From Polyangiaceae bacterium (GTDB lineage: Bacteria > Myxococcota_A > Polyangia > Polyangiales > Polyangiaceae): DNA of 64,000 bases. The DNA is taken from assembly GCA_965222375.1 (NCBI GenBank), contig CBDCTZ010000013.1, forward strand, positions 448,001-512,000, given 5' to 3'. The translations under genes and the position numbers were made by a program. Positions 30,252 to 40,352 of the stretch are shown in pieces; the stretch's first letter is position 1, and each line of letters begins with the position of its first letter. The notes under the pieces were generated by a model, which did no database searches, was not told where the DNA came from, and saw only the letters and a list, made by a program, of their open reading frames with translations.

Positions 30252-31756
30252 AGGGCAGACGCGCGGCCATCGTCGCGCTACTGAGCGCCGGACTGTGGTC
30301 GACGTCTGGTTCCGCGGCTGGGCCCCTCGGCCCCAACGATAGTCCTCTCACGACCAGTCAGTACCGTGTAGACTTGACCCAAGGCGTCGTGCTCGCGGGC
30401 AGCCGCGTGCTGGGAATGGCAGGCGCGTACGTGGCGATCGCGGAGGGAGTCGATGGCAGCTCCCAGAACCCCGCAGCGCCCGCTGTTCGGCTGCCCTACT
30501 CCTTCGATCATTTCGACTACGACCTCGGACTGGGCCTCACGTTTCCTGGCGCCATCAGCGGCACGGACTTCTACAACTCCGGCCAGCGCACCGCGCTGCG
30601 CTCCGACCAAACGGGCTTCGCCTTCATCACGGTCGCCGGGCACATTCAGGATGGCAATTGGGGTTTTGGCATCTCCCTGGACTTTCAACGCTACCGCTTG
30701 ACGCGCATCGACGACGCTTCTTCCGGTCTGCAATTGGACGAAGTGTTCGCACTGTTCGGCGGCGCACGTATCCAGATTGCGCGACGCTTCTTTGACGGCC
30801 AGCTCGTCGTGGGGGCGGGTAGTCGAGGCACGGGGCTGCTCGTGCAGAACGAAAACCCAGCACCGGGGCAGCCCGCAGAGTTGTTCAACGCAACCGGCGC
30901 GGCTCTGGAGCTGGGCACGCTGTGGGCGCCGCACAACCAGCGCTTCCGAGTTGGCGCCGCAGTGCGAAGTGAGGTTCTGACCGGAGAACCCAGCAGCGAT
31001 GCGGCCAACACAACCAACGGGGATCGCGTCATCGGAGACCCCACCAGCGCCGAGGCCTTCTACTTGCCAGAAAAGGTCACGCTCCCCTGGGACCTCAACG
31101 TTGGTGTTGCGATCCAGCTAGGACCCCGGCCCCTGAACCCACGCTGGGTCGATCCTTCGCGCACCTTGGAGGCCTTCGAGCGTCACTTGGCCTGGCGGGA
31201 CCGGGAGCGAGAGCGACGCCGAGAGTACGCGGTGGCGCGCGCCCGCCTGGAGCGGCAAGACGAGACCACCGCCGCGGCCGCCGCAGACGCGACCAATGGG
31301 ACCGAAGAGGCGATGGACGAGCTTGCCTTGGAGCGCCGCCGGGACGCTGTGCGTCGGAAGCTGCGCGCACGCTATGAGGCGATGCGGCGTTTCTACATTC
31401 TCGTCAGTGGCTCCGTCCTCGTGACTGGACCCGTCAAGAACGGCGTGGGCGTCGAGTCATTCCTGCAACGTCGAGTGGACCGCTCCGGGGAAGACGTCAC
31501 GGTTTCCCCGCGCTTGGGAATCGAAAGCGAGATCGTTCCCCACTGGCTGAAGGTGCGCGGAGGTGGTTACGGCGAGCCCACCCGATTCGAACGGGGTTCT
31601 CCGCGCTTGCATGGAACCCTCGGTTTCGACTTGAAGTTGTTCCCGTGGACGGTGTTCGGGTTGTTCGAAGACGGAACCCAGTGGCGCGTGTCTTCGGCGA
31701 TCGACGGTGCCAAACGCTACTTCGGTTGGGGCGTGAGCGCGGGAGTGTGGCATTGA
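30248..31756 (+). CDS. Putative outer-membrane beta-barrel protein (FadL/PorV-like N-terminal motif)
   Basis: GTGA overlap with the upstream stop, signal peptide, RVLGMAGAYVAIAEG...NPAA, amphipathic beta strands, C-terminal GWGVSAGVWH. Confidence 0.65.
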   Translation: MKGRRAAIVALLSAGLWSTSGSAAGPLGPNDSPLTTSQYRVDLTQGVVLAGSRVLGMAGAYVAIAEGVDGSSQNPAAPAVRLPYSFDHFDYDLGLGLTFPGAISGTDFYNSGQRTALRSDQTGFAFITVAGHIQDGNWGFGISLDFQRYRLTRIDDASSGLQLDEVFALFGGARIQIARRFFDGQLVVGAGSRGTGLLVQNENPAPGQPAELFNATGAALELGTLWAPHNQRFRVGAAVRSEVLTGEPSSDAANTTNGDRVIGDPTSAEAFYLPEKVTLPWDLNVGVAIQLGPRPLNPRWVDPSRTLEAFERHLAWRDRERERRREYAVARARLERQDETTAAAAADATNGTEEAMDELALERRRDAVRRKLRARYEAMRRFYILVSGSVLVTGPVKNGVGVESFLQRRVDRSGEDVTVSPRLGIESEIVPHWLKVRGGGYGEPTRFERGSPRLHGTLGFDLKLFPWTVFGLFEDGTQWRVSSAIDGAKRYFGWGVSAGVWH

Positions 31757-32595
31757 GGCTCTCACTCGCTGTGGCGATGGCGCTGCTGGCGGCATGTTCC
31801 AAAAAGGAGCCGCCCCCTCCCGAGCCGACGGAGCCCTGGCCCGCGCACGCGGCGCCCTCCGCCAAACAGTCGCCCAGCAAGCGCACCACTTATCAAGTCG
31901 AGGAGCGCGCCTCGGCCCGAGTTCGCTTGAAGACCCGAGCGCTGACGGCGCGCGGGGAACTGCGAGTTGCGCGCGGCCAGCTCGAAATCAACCTCAACGA
32001 TCTGGCGCGTTCCAAGGGGACGATCGCGATGGACGTCGCCTCCATCACCATGACCGAAGCGGGGGATGCAGGTCTGCGCGACGCGACCAATGCCGCCCGC
32101 AGCTGGCTCAACGTCGGGTCCAATCGGCCTGAGGCCGAACGTGAACGCGTGCGATGGGCCAGCTTCAAAATCACCCGCATCGAGAACCTCACTTCCGACA
32201 CAGCAGCCGGTGGGCGCAAAGTGAAGGTTCCGATTGTGCGCGACGCTGGCGCAGATGCGGCAGACTCCGGCGATGGACAGAACACCGCGACCGAGTCTCG
32301 GCGCGTCCGACTCAAGGCGTTCGGTGCGGTGACCTTCAACGGATACCGAGTCGAAAAGCGCGTTTCGCTGGAAGTCGTGTTCCATTGGCGCGGAGACGCC
32401 GACCTACATTCACCGCCCGTCCGCGCAAGCATCCGAACCCGACGGCCCTTTGTCCTGGAACTGGCCGCCCACGACATCGCTCCCCGTGACGAAACGGGCC
32501 GACGGACACCCGGGGACGACAAGCTGATCGGCCGCCGGGTGAGCCGAGAAGCCCGCATAGAACTCGAGTTGAACGCAAAATTGGCGTCCAAATAG
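31747..32595 (+). CDS. YceI-like lipoprotein
   Basis: Lipobox LAAC; GQLEINLNDLARSKGTIAMDVASI, ASFKITRI and GAVTFNG resemble the YceI barrel. Confidence 0.65.
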   Translation: MALRLSLAVAMALLAACSKKEPPPPEPTEPWPAHAAPSAKQSPSKRTTYQVEERASARVRLKTRALTARGELRVARGQLEINLNDLARSKGTIAMDVASITMTEAGDAGLRDATNAARSWLNVGSNRPEAERERVRWASFKITRIENLTSDTAAGGRKVKVPIVRDAGADAADSGDGQNTATESRRVRLKAFGAVTFNGYRVEKRVSLEVVFHWRGDADLHSPPVRASIRTRRPFVLELAAHDIAPRDETGRRTPGDDKLIGRRVSREARIELELNAKLASK

Positions 32596-32746
32596 GCCTC
32601 AGCCCGGGAGCGGAGTGGCGAAAGCTGAAACCGCAGCCGACGTCGCACGTAAGCTAGGTGTGCCCCGGTGATTGTTCTGGGGCTAGAATTCGATCGGACC
32701 GACCGTCCCGCTCGTACTAAAGTCGGTTCTCAAGAGGAGCGAGTCC

Positions 32747-33190
32747 ATGAATCAGAAGCTAACCATGACCAGTATCGCAGCCACCCTAGCCGCTCTGGGC
32801 GCCGTGGCATGCGGAGGCGCAGCGCCGCCTGCCGAGAGTCCCGTAGAAGCGGAAGAAGTTCCCGCGGCGACCGCAGACCCCGCAGCGTCCGACATGGCTG
32901 CAGCCGAAGAAGAAACCTCCGAGACGACGGAAGCGGCGACTGCCGAGACGACGGAAGGGGACAACGCAGCTGCCACTCCCGCCGCCGAGGATCCCGCGGC
33001 GACGACGACGACCACGGACAAGAAGGCCGGCGGTGCCAAGGCATCCTGCGGCGCTGGCGGTTGTGGCGGAGACAAGAAGGCCGCCGACACCAAGAAGACC
33101 ACGACGAAGAAAGCAACGACCAAGAAAAAGCCCCACGCCAAGAAAGCCGGCGGCGCCAAGATGGCCTGCGGCGCAGGCACCTGCGGCTGA
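32747..33190 (+). CDS. Putative MNIO (DUF692) RiPP precursor lipoprotein with two CGxGxCG cores
   Basis: GAGGAG RBS, lipobox AVAC, repeats KKAGGAKASCGAGGCG and KKAGGAKMACGAGTCG*, directly upstream of DUF692. Confidence 0.8.
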   Translation: MNQKLTMTSIAATLAALGAVACGGAAPPAESPVEAEEVPAATADPAASDMAAAEEETSETTEAATAETTEGDNAAATPAAEDPAATTTTTDKKAGGAKASCGAGGCGGDKKAADTKKTTTKKATTKKKPHAKKAGGAKMACGAGTCG

Positions 33191-33258
33191 GCGGAAAGTC
33201 GGTGTCACCGGTTTCGGCGCGAGAATCGCGCCGGATCCGGGACTTGGGGCCCGGAATC

Positions 33259-34131
33259 ATGAAGCGAGATCTTTGCGGCGTCGGACTGGGGCTGCGTTGG
33301 GACTTCCTGGAAGAAGTCGTCGACGGCCCGCCTCTCGATGTCGCTTTTTTTGAGGTCTCGCCGGAGAACTACATGCGACGCGGTGGCTGGTACCCCGCCG
33401 CGCTCGAACAAATCTGCGAGCGGTACCCGGTCGTCACCCATGGGCTGACCATGTCTCTCGGGGCCATCGATCCGCCGCCGCCAGAGTACTTGCGAGAACT
33501 CTCGACCGAGCTGCAGCGGGTACACACGCCGTGGCATTCGGACCATCTTTGCTTCAGCACCGCTGGTCCGCTGGTGTTGCACGACCTGCTGCCTTTGAAG
33601 CTGTGCAGCGACAACGTTCAGCGCGTCGCGGATCGCCTGAGGCGGGTCGAAGACGCCCTCAAGCTCCCAATGAGCTTGGAGAACATCAGCTACTACGCCC
33701 ACCCCGGGCGGCCGGAGATGCCCGAAGCCGAGTTCATCACACAGATCCTCGAAAAAAGTGGCTCGGGTCTACTGCTGGATGTGAACAACGTCTGGGTCAA
33801 CGCGCAGAATCACGGCTTCGACGCCGAAGAATTCATCGCCAGCCTGCCTCTGGACAAGGTGACCCAGTTGCACATCGCGGGGCACTTCCGAGCGGAGTCG
33901 GGGTTGATCATCGACACCCACGGCGCTCCGGTCATCAACCCGGTCATCGAGTTGCTTGAATTCACGGTCAAACGGGTCGGGCCCGTACCTGTCCTGCTGG
34001 AACGAGACAACGAGATCCCCCCACTCGAGGATCTACTCGAGGAGGTCGCGACGCTGAGGGCCGCCTACCAGCGCGCCTTGGCATCTCGGAAGCCAGACGC
34101 TCAGGAGGCAGCGCGTGCAGGCGTCGCTTGA
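33259..34131 (+). CDS. DUF692-family multinuclear non-heme iron oxidase (MNIO)
   Basis: GVGLGLR, FFEVSPENY, HGLTMSLG, SDHL, LENIS, LLLDVNN, QLHIAGH, IDTHG and LLERD conserved motifs. Confidence 0.95.
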   Translation: MKRDLCGVGLGLRWDFLEEVVDGPPLDVAFFEVSPENYMRRGGWYPAALEQICERYPVVTHGLTMSLGAIDPPPPEYLRELSTELQRVHTPWHSDHLCFSTAGPLVLHDLLPLKLCSDNVQRVADRLRRVEDALKLPMSLENISYYAHPGRPEMPEAEFITQILEKSGSGLLLDVNNVWVNAQNHGFDAEEFIASLPLDKVTQLHIAGHFRAESGLIIDTHGAPVINPVIELLEFTVKRVGPVPVLLERDNEIPPLEDLLEEVATLRAAYQRALASRKPDAQEAARAGVA

Positions 34132-34921
34132 AGCCGCGATGGCCGAGTTGTGCCTCGGCGCGGAGATTGACGCCGGCGACGAGCAAGCAGTGCGTCAGTG
34201 GCTCGAGCGGCACGGCGTCACCGAGGCCGATGTAGAACATGTGCTACAGGGCAGCGTCGAGCGGCTGTTCGTCTACCGCAATCTGGTTCGTGGCAATCTG
34301 TGGGAGGCCATGCGGGCGTCCATTCCACGCACCATGGCGCGCCTGGGTCCCGTGTTCGAAGAATACTTCGATCGGTTCTTGGGCGAGCACGGCCCGCGCA
34401 CCCACTACCTACGAGACTCCATAACCGAGCTGTTGGATTTCTGCGCCCCACTCTGGAAGGCCGACCCCCGCGTTCCCGCCTACATGATGCAGCTGGCCGA
34501 GCATGAACACGTGCAGATCGTGGTCGGCGCCATGCTCTCTGCCACAGAAAGCGTCGAGCCCGAGGAGCTGGATTTGGACGCCGGGCTCCGCTTCATCGAG
34601 GCCGCCAAGCTGATGCACTACGACTGGGCCTTGCACTTGCTCAGCGAGAGCGAAACCGACCTCACGCCACCGCAGAAGATAGCCACCACGCTTCTGGTGT
34701 ATCGCAACCCAGAACACGAGGTGCGCTACCTGGCTTTGTCTCCTTTGGCGGCGCGAATTCTGACCGAAACTCTGGAGCACAAACGCACCCTACGCGAAGG
34801 AATCATCCGGGCATGCGAAGCCGAGGGTACAGCGTTGGATGCAGCCGTCCTGGCCGGGACTGCCGAGCTACTGGCCGACTTGGCACAGCGCGGCGCCTTG
34901 CTGGGACCAGAACATGCCTGA
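34115..34921 (+). CDS. DUF2063-type MNIO partner protein
   Basis: ERLFVYRNLV...PRT...F..FL and MQLAEHE motifs; overlaps the DUF692 stop, the standard arrangement for this partner. Confidence 0.8.
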   Translation: MQASLEAAMAELCLGAEIDAGDEQAVRQWLERHGVTEADVEHVLQGSVERLFVYRNLVRGNLWEAMRASIPRTMARLGPVFEEYFDRFLGEHGPRTHYLRDSITELLDFCAPLWKADPRVPAYMMQLAEHEHVQIVVGAMLSATESVEPEELDLDAGLRFIEAAKLMHYDWALHLLSESETDLTPPQKIATTLLVYRNPEHEVRYLALSPLAARILTETLEHKRTLREGIIRACEAEGTALDAAVLAGTAELLADLAQRGALLGPEHA

Positions 34922-34971
34922 AACAGGCAATGACAGCGTTATTCGGCTAGGGTCTCGCGCGGAGGACACGG

Positions 34972-37020
34972 GTGGCTGAGCGAGATCCCCTCTCAATCAT
35001 AGGCGAGACGGTCGCCGACAAGTACTTGATCGAGAAGATGGTCGGTGAAGGCGGTTTTGCCGTCGTTTACCGGGCGATGCACACGATCTGGAAGAAGCCC
35101 GTCGCCATCAAGTTCTTCAGTGAACTGTCTAACGCACCCGCAGACCAGCGCGAGAGCCTTCAGGAAGCCTTCATTCAGGAAGGCGCGCTGCTCACCGAGC
35201 TGTCGAGCCAGTCCGCTGGCATCGTGCAGGCTAGAGACGTCGGCACCTACACGACGCCGGAGGGGCGCTGGATGCCCTTCATGGTTTTGGAGTGGCTCGG
35301 CGGGCTCTCTCTGGAAGACGCCATCATCGAGACCCAGGAGCGGGGCCCCTGGTCATTGCGCGAGACCCTCGCCGTGATCGCGCCAACCGGCGAGGCGCTA
35401 GACGTTGCCCACGGGCGAGGAATCGCTCACCGCGACATCAAGCCGGCCAATATCTTCATCCTGGGTGGTGCCCCCCGGAGCGAAGGCATCACCGTGAAGC
35501 TCCTCGACTTCGGCGTTGCCAAGCTGATTACGGACAACACCCAAATGAAGGCAGCGCTCGCCAAAACGGGCACGAACATCACCTCCTTCACGCCCCAGTA
35601 CGGCGCGCCAGAGCAATTTAGTCGCTCCTACGGCGCCACTGGGCCGTGGACAGATGTCTTCTCCCTTGCCTTGGTCGCCGTGGAGCTTCTCGTAGGAAAG
35701 AACGCCCTGGATGGCGACGATTTGATCCAGTTGGCCTACAGCGCCGGCAGCAAAGAACGCCGCCCCACTCCCCACGCCCTTGGCATGGCTGTGCCGGACG
35801 CGGTGGAAGCGGTGTTCGCCAAGGCACTCGCAGTTGCCCCGGAAGCGCGCTACGCGCGCGCCGGCGATTTCGTGGCAGCCCTGAGTTCCGCAGTCGAGTC
35901 GCTCAGCGAGGAGCAACGCAGCGGGCGGGGAGTCGCGCCCACCCAGCAGATGGCGCTGGATAGAACCGTCGTGGCCACGGATCCGGCGGCCATGCCGGTC
36001 AACATGACTACGAGCTCACCGTCTACGATGACGCCCTCTGGGAGGAGTTCCGGACGGGGAGCGATTTTCGCTCTCGCCGGGGTAGGCGCCCTCGTGGCCA
36101 TTGCTGCGGTCGTGTTCTTCCTTCGAGGCAAGAGCGACAATGCCACCGCAGCAGCCTCATCAGCCTCCGCCTTGGCGGCATCGGCGGCTCCCCTGGTGAG
36201 CACCCCGCCACCCCCAACTTGCCCGGATGACATGGTGAGCATCAAGGGCGGCGAGTTCTTCATGGGGTCCGACGACAGCAACGCTGCCGACAACGAAAAA
36301 CCATCCCACAACGTCAAGCTATCGCCCTATTGCATCGACAAGACAGAAGTCACTCGCAAAGCCTATTTGGCATGCAGCAAACGCGGTGCATGCCCTCGCG
36401 CGGGTCGCGAGGCTCGCTGGCCCAACATCACCGACAAAGATCGCAAGGCCTGGTCACCGCTTTGCAACGAAGGCGCTGCGGACCGTAGCAACCATCCCAT
36501 CAATTGCGTAACTCATCGGGATGCCGAGTCCTACTGCAAGAAGCAGGGCAAGCGTCTGCCAACGGAAGCGGAGTGGGAGTTTGCTACCCGCGGACCGGAT
36601 GGTCGCATTTACCCCTGGGGCGACGACGACCCAGGGGCTGCACACCTCAACTCCTGCGACAAGGAATGTGCCCAGTGGGCCAAGGAGTCCGGCGCCGCCG
36701 TGAAAGTCTTGTTCCCCGAGGACAGTGACGGATTCGGCGCCACCGCTCCTGTCGGGTCGTTCAAAGCAGGCAGCTCCCGTTTTGGGCCCCAAGACGTGGT
36801 GGGCAATGTGTGGGAGTGGGTTCAAGACTTCGAGGGCCCTTACTCGACCGAAGCCGTTGAAAACCCCACCGGGCCGAAGACCGGGGAGCGCAGGGTCATC
36901 CGTGGCGGCGGTTTCGACAGCGGCTCCACGACCTGGCTACGCCCATCTTTTCGCTACGGCGCAGATCCCGACAATCGGTCCCCGACCATCGGCTTCCGCT
37001 GCGCGAAGTCGCTGCAATAG
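34972..37020 (+). CDS. Ser/Thr protein kinase with TM helix and C-terminal FGE-sulfatase (SUMF1) domain
   Basis: GEGGFAVV, VAIK, HRDIKPAN, DFG, APE; TM AIFALAGVGALVAIAAVVFFL; FGE motifs GGEFFMGS, RLPTEAEWE, GNVWEW, IGFRCA. Confidence 0.93.
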   Translation: MAERDPLSIIGETVADKYLIEKMVGEGGFAVVYRAMHTIWKKPVAIKFFSELSNAPADQRESLQEAFIQEGALLTELSSQSAGIVQARDVGTYTTPEGRWMPFMVLEWLGGLSLEDAIIETQERGPWSLRETLAVIAPTGEALDVAHGRGIAHRDIKPANIFILGGAPRSEGITVKLLDFGVAKLITDNTQMKAALAKTGTNITSFTPQYGAPEQFSRSYGATGPWTDVFSLALVAVELLVGKNALDGDDLIQLAYSAGSKERRPTPHALGMAVPDAVEAVFAKALAVAPEARYARAGDFVAALSSAVESLSEEQRSGRGVAPTQQMALDRTVVATDPAAMPVNMTTSSPSTMTPSGRSSGRGAIFALAGVGALVAIAAVVFFLRGKSDNATAAASSASALAASAAPLVSTPPPPTCPDDMVSIKGGEFFMGSDDSNAADNEKPSHNVKLSPYCIDKTEVTRKAYLACSKRGACPRAGREARWPNITDKDRKAWSPLCNEGAADRSNHPINCVTHRDAESYCKKQGKRLPTEAEWEFATRGPDGRIYPWGDDDPGAAHLNSCDKECAQWAKESGAAVKVLFPEDSDGFGATAPVGSFKAGSSRFGPQDVVGNVWEWVQDFEGPYSTEAVENPTGPKTGERRVIRGGGFDSGSTTWLRPSFRYGADPDNRSPTIGFRCAKSLQ

Positions 37021-37068
37021 CCGGCAGACTGGACCCGGCCGGGCAGAGCCTGATTAACTCGGGTGTCC

Positions 37069-39456
37069 ATGGGTGGCGGTCCGCTCGATTCCCCGCGTCT
37101 GAGAGCCATCGAGCAAGCACTCGACGGCGGGGACGTAGCGTCAGCGCAGCAGCAGCTGGCGGAAGTGGGACCCGATCCGAACCACGCCGAGGCCGTCGCC
37201 TACCTCTCCACTCGCATTCTGTTCCAACTGGGCCGGGTGACCCGGGCCCAAGCGGCAACCCGGTTGCGCGAAGTCCTCAAGAACGTGGACTACTTTCCCG
37301 AGGCCGCACATTGGCTTCGGCTCGCGGACGAGCGGCCCGAAAGCAGCCGGCCCGTGCGGCGCTCGGCACCGCCCTTCAAATCGGGCCCGGGCAGTAACCC
37401 CGATCCCAAGCTAGCCGACCTAGTCCTAACCCTCGACGCTCCGGGAAAAAAAGCCAACCCACGTCGCTCGAGCGGAGCACATCGCCCACGGCTGTCCAAC
37501 CCGAGCATTCCACGGGCGGGCAGGCTGCCGCGGATCAGCACGCCGCCGGATCCCACGCCCAGCTACGCACCGGAAGAGGATGACGCAGAGGAATCCCCAC
37601 GGGCCGGCAGCTACTCGGAACACCCCCCTGGAGTCGAAATCGTCGAAGCACCGAGGCGCTCGAGTGCGCCACCCCCGAACAGCAGCGAGATGACACCGGT
37701 GCCGGTGACTGAGCCGGAAAAGGCGAACCCCCGCATTCGCTCAGGCCCACCACCGGCAGTCGTGGAGCGTGCACTGCCAACCAGCTTGTTCGAGATTGCC
37801 GAGCTGGCCGACTCGGGCCACCTCGGTGCGGCGCTGCGCGCGCTGGAGGCACTACCCGCCCCGCTGGGGGCGGAGCACACCCTGCTCTACGCGCGGCTCT
37901 TGCATCGCGCGACCCGGGATCGAGAGGCCCTTGCGCTTCTGGAGCGTATGGAATCCGCGCCCTTGCTCGACCCGGAAGTTCGGGCTGCGGTGAGCCGACA
38001 GCTCCTCGAGATAGGGCAAATCGAGAGAGCTCGAATCCAGGCGGAACGCGCGTTCGCCGATGACGAAACATCCGGGGGGGCGCGCGCCGCACTGGTAGCG
38101 GTGCTCGCCAGGGTCGCGCTTGAGGGCGACAGCAAGGACCTGGAGCGCGCTCAGGAGCTACTAGCCGGAGATCTTGGTACCGGCCCGGAAACGGCGGCCC
38201 TCATGTCCGCCCGCGCCCTCGGCCACGCTTGCGCCGAAGGAAGCCAGGTGGCGGTAAGCGATGCCTTGCGTGCCCTGCATCTCGATCCCCACTCGGTCAA
38301 CGCCCTGGCCGCGTTGGCGCTTGGTTCGGCCCAGCTGTGTCGGGTGCACGACGCCCAACAGGCCTGGCTGCGCTTGAACCGCGCCGACCCCAGCTTCGCG
38401 CGAGCGCTCGCCCCCAAGATTGACGGCCTCGGCATCGCCCTGACGGATTTGGAGAACGTGATCCCCGGCCACAGTTTGCCAGCGGGGGCTTCACCCTGGG
38501 AGCCCGTTGAGATGCTGGTCGCGGACGCCGAGTTCGCGCCAGCGATCGTCACCTTGGAGAACCTCGCCCGGGACACGCTGGCGCAGGTCGCACACCGCGG
38601 CGGCGGCGAACTGATGGTGCTGGGCACCGTGGGCGCGACCTTCCTGACCCGTGTGCCGCTATTCCGAGACTTCGCGCCCTACGACTTGTCTCTGAGCAGC
38701 TTGGCTCGACTCGACCATGCCCTGGCCACGCTCTATAGTCCGCGTCGACCCAAGGAAATGGCGTCGGACCACTACTCGCTGCTGCTTCTGGCCGGCGCGT
38801 ATTTCGGCGAGACCTTGCGCCAATGCGGTGAGCTCAGTTGGCGAGGTTCCCTCACTTCACCCAACGACGCGCGAGTGCTGGGCGCGGGAATGGAATGGCA
38901 CCCGTTTCAGCTGGTCGAGCAGCGCATGATGTACGGCGCTCCTCTGCCCCAAGCGAACGACCTCGGCTTTTCGACCCACTCTCGACCACGGGCGTGGAGC
39001 CATCGCATGCTCATCCCTGAGGTTCCGCCCTGCCCCTGGGACCCGGAAACCTGGCCTACGCTGCGCATGATCGAGCGGTTGGGGCGCGCGATGTCGCGCT
39101 CGGTCGTGGCGCGTTTCTGCGCCGACCATGCCGATGGCCCCCTAGACAGGACCATCGCGTCGCTATCCGCAGTCGATTCCTTCTTGGCCCTGGTTGCGCC
39201 CGCCAAGAGCCAGGCCATGGACCCTAGCTTGGCGCGTCGTGTGGCGGTGCTCGTGGGGTCTTATGTTGGAGAGACGTTGCGTGCGGCTTTGGGGGGAACC
39301 TGGCAGGACAGCGGCAAGGAGGGCGCGGACGCGTTCGAACTCGTCGTCAGCCCCGCCGCTTCAGCAAAACCCATCGCGGTCGCCCTCAAACGGGTGCAGG
39401 GCGAGTCCACCTCCATGAGTGGCTACGTGACCCGCTTCATGGACAAACGCGCGTGA
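37069..39456 (+). CDS. Hypothetical protein with Pro-rich linker, TPR-like region and duplicated C-terminal domain
   Basis: 797-aa ORF with two D..(L/I).SL...D...G(A/S)YxGETLR...W repeats. Confidence 0.75.
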   Translation: MGGGPLDSPRLRAIEQALDGGDVASAQQQLAEVGPDPNHAEAVAYLSTRILFQLGRVTRAQAATRLREVLKNVDYFPEAAHWLRLADERPESSRPVRRSAPPFKSGPGSNPDPKLADLVLTLDAPGKKANPRRSSGAHRPRLSNPSIPRAGRLPRISTPPDPTPSYAPEEDDAEESPRAGSYSEHPPGVEIVEAPRRSSAPPPNSSEMTPVPVTEPEKANPRIRSGPPPAVVERALPTSLFEIAELADSGHLGAALRALEALPAPLGAEHTLLYARLLHRATRDREALALLERMESAPLLDPEVRAAVSRQLLEIGQIERARIQAERAFADDETSGGARAALVAVLARVALEGDSKDLERAQELLAGDLGTGPETAALMSARALGHACAEGSQVAVSDALRALHLDPHSVNALAALALGSAQLCRVHDAQQAWLRLNRADPSFARALAPKIDGLGIALTDLENVIPGHSLPAGASPWEPVEMLVADAEFAPAIVTLENLARDTLAQVAHRGGGELMVLGTVGATFLTRVPLFRDFAPYDLSLSSLARLDHALATLYSPRRPKEMASDHYSLLLLAGAYFGETLRQCGELSWRGSLTSPNDARVLGAGMEWHPFQLVEQRMMYGAPLPQANDLGFSTHSRPRAWSHRMLIPEVPPCPWDPETWPTLRMIERLGRAMSRSVVARFCADHADGPLDRTIASLSAVDSFLALVAPAKSQAMDPSLARRVAVLVGSYVGETLRAALGGTWQDSGKEGADAFELVVSPAASAKPIAVALKRVQGESTSMSGYVTRFMDKRA

Positions 39457-39497
39457 GCGGTCGGCCGTCCCAGTCGCCAGGCTGTTCTCACAGGGAG

Positions 39498-40352
39498 CTA
39501 GATCCCCCAATAGTGACTGATGATCTCGTCGAGCGCCCATCGCCTCGAGCGCTGAGCGAAGACCAGCCATAGGCTGCGCCACGCCTCGTAGCAGTTCGTC
39601 TTCGGCTGCGGAGCGGGGCCACACACCTGCTCGTGGGTGTAGAGCTCCACGTAGATGCGGTCGGCCAGGCCGCTGTGGATCAGCGACGCGCCATTGTTGT
39701 CGGCCCGGCTGGCAAAGCAGTTGTACGTGGGTCTTGCGTCGAGCTGCTTGGAATGCAGCAGGAAGATCCGATCGAACGCTCCAGCGCAATTCAGCCGGGG
39801 CAGCGTATCGGCGCCGGTATCGACCTCCCAAGGCCTGACTGCCGACGAAGAGCCACACGCGGCAAGGTAGCGCGTGGAAAACCGCTTGCCGTCGCCCTTG
39901 GATGGGCTCAACCCGATGCCGGCGGTTGGGTCGGTGAGTGCGGACAGGGCGGGAAAGTCACGGCGGTGAAGCGCGCCAATGGCGCGGCTGACCAGCTTGC
40001 CAACTGCTCGCTCTGCAGCATCGGGATCAAGAAAGGCTTCGATCTGAGCGTCGGCCCAGGCGCGCGTGTCTTGGCCATCCGGCGCCAGCGTGGCGCCGCT
40101 CTGCTGCGCAGCCAATTCCTTACGCACCCGGCAGCGCTGACGCCAATTGGGATCGACGGCGGGACGGGCGACGGCCGGACGCGCCGGGGGCGGCTTCACG
40201 GATCCCGCCGACGGCACCGCGACAACCGGAGCAGCCTCGGGCGACGATGCAGGCAGCTGGGCTGGCGGCGGCGCGGGCGGCTTCGAGCAGGCAAGTGCGA
40301 GGGTGATGCCGGGCCAGACAATGCGTGACGCGCGAAGCATGACCCAGGACAA
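39498..40352 (-). CDS. Hypothetical lipoprotein
   Basis: Lipobox-like ALAC followed by a Pro/Ala linker and a globular domain. Confidence 0.65.
   Translation of the reverse strand: MSWVMLRASRIVWPGITLALACSKPPAPPPAQLPASSPEAAPVVAVPSAGSVKPPPARPAVARPAVDPNWRQRCRVRKELAAQQSGATLAPDGQDTRAWADAQIEAFLDPDAAERAVGKLVSRAIGALHRRDFPALSALTDPTAGIGLSPSKGDGKRFSTRYLAACGSSSAVRPWEVDTGADTLPRLNCAGAFDRIFLLHSKQLDARPTYNCFASRADNNGASLIHSGLADRIYVELYTHEQVCGPAPQPKTNCYEAWRSLWLVFAQRSRRWALDEIISHYWGI

Noticed and set aside
32668..33258. 487-aa ORF suggesting an N-terminally extended DUF692
   Set aside because: The extension is an off-frame, Arg-rich reading of the precursor gene. The family motif starts just after ATG 33259.
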